Assembly: GCF_053078305.1 (NCBI RefSeq)
Contig: NZ_CP166879.1
Length of the DNA: 64,000 nucleotides
Reading direction: 5' to 3' (one strand)
Of this stretch, positions 61,363 through 64,000 are shown in pieces. Numbering within the stretch: position 1 is the first letter of the stretch; each line of letters starts with the position of its first letter. The position numbers and the translations under genes are program-made. Under the pieces are notes generated by a model that saw nothing but the letters and a program-made list of their open reading frames with translations, was not told the origin of the DNA and searched no databases.

Positions 61363-61668
61363 TTACTTCACATCCTGCGGGAAATGCTCTTTGATCACTT
61401 CCAGCAGTTTCGGGCCAAAGTCAGCAGGAGAGAGCATGTTGCGCACGCCAACCACGTATTTGTTGCCGGTCACGGTGATTTCGCCCGCAATGTGCGTAGA
61501 AGCGATGATGATATCCGCGCCGCTCAACTCGCTTTTGTATTCGCCAACCGCGCAGCTGTTTACCGTGTGGTCAATGTTTGATTGGGTTAAAAACTGGTCC
61601 ACTTTCATCTTCATGATCATGGAACTGCCTTGTCCGTTGCCACACACAGCCAGAATACGTACGGTCAT
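61363..61668 (-). CDS. ulaB: Ascorbate-specific PTS enzyme IIB, 101 aa
   Basis: [16 protein letters not shown] (phospho-cysteine loop); operon position. Confidence 0.75.
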
Positions 61669-61683
61669 AATCAAAACTCCTTA

Positions 61684-63138
<1,455 letters not shown>

Positions 63139-63435
63139 TCACTCTAATTTTCAAAAGTAATCACAACAAGATTATTTATGATTAAATGTGACGCGACACA
63201 CAAATAATTCCATAACGAAAATATGGGATTCACACAAAGAAACAATTAATTATTTAAATTCATTAAGTTAATTGAATTACACATTCCATTAAATCTTTCC
63301 ATACTCCAAATTCACAACAAATCACCCGGCAAAAAGTCAAAAAATGGTCATTGCCTTCCTGAAAAAATAGTGTCAGGATTAATCAAAACCAATCATATGT
63401 TGATTCGAATTGAACTATCATGAAGGTAAATGGCG

Positions 63436-64000
63436 ATGAGTAAAGTGAAAAGTATCACCCGTGAATCCTGGATCCTGAGCACTTTCCCGGAGTGGGGTAG
63501 CTGGTTGAATGAAGAAATTGAACAAGAGCAGGTAGCTCCTGGTACATTCGCGATGTGGTGGCTCGGTTGTACCGGGATCTGGCTGAAATCGGAAGGCGGT
63601 ACCAACGTCTGCGTCGATTTTTGGTGCGGTACTGGCAAACAAAGTCACGGTAACCCGCTGATGAAACAGGGTCACCAGATGCAGCGTATGGCTGGCGTGA
63701 AAAAACTGCAGCCGAACCTGCGCACTACGCCGTTTGTTCTTGATCCATTTGCTATTCGCCAGATCGACGCCGTCCTGGCGACTCACGATCACAACGATCA
63801 TATCGACGTAAACGTCGCTGCTGCCGTGATGCAGAACTGCGCTGATGACGTACCGTTTATCGGACCGAAAACCTGCGTGGATTTATGGATCGGCTGGGGC
63901 GTGCCGAAAGAACGTTGCATCGTGGTTAAACCGGGCGACGTGGTGAAAGTCAAAGACATTGAAATTCATGCGCTTGACGCCTTCGACCGTACTGCACTGA
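63436..64000 (+). CDS. ulaG: L-ascorbate-6-phosphate lactonase (metallo-beta-lactamase fold), 5' partial, runs off the window
   Basis: [23 protein letters not shown]...; HDHNDH-type metal motif; divergent from ulaA as in the known operon layout. Confidence 0.75.

Overview
The window reads as an Escherichia/Shigella-like chromosomal segment, mostly a mosaic, IS-riddled genomic island that ends inside the ascorbate (ula) operon. All calls come from reading the sequence and ORF track and from recalled protein-family signatures; nothing was searched against a database. In order: an iha-like TonB-dependent receptor/adhesin; a complete IS600 (1264 bp); an accessory lactate module (LctP-family permease plus lutABC/ykgEFG-like genes); IS66-type terminal-repeat remnants and an internally deleted IS629; then a low-GC, translationally coupled two-gene operon (10753..17258, minus strand). 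That operon encodes a 1652-aa protein (NERD nuclease-like N-terminus, two degenerate protein-kinase-like domains, Upf1-like SF1 helicase C-terminus) and a 515-aa partner with no motif I recognise. I consider it the best candidate for an undescribed (probably anti-phage) system here. Downstream lie an integrase fragment, an IS2-like relic, two nested IS66-family elements (one with an 8-bp target duplication), a cdiB-cdiC-cdiA-cdiI contact-dependent inhibition locus, a block of CP4-like prophage-remnant genes (HUH Rep-like protein, alpA, yeeP-agn43-yeeR-like, antirestriction, radC-like, cbeA/cbtA toxin-antitoxin), and a junction that truncates ulaE beside intact ulaDCBA and divergent ulaG. The iha / two-partner-secretion / agn43 content is reminiscent of LAA-type islands described in LEE-negative STEC, but that is recollection only.
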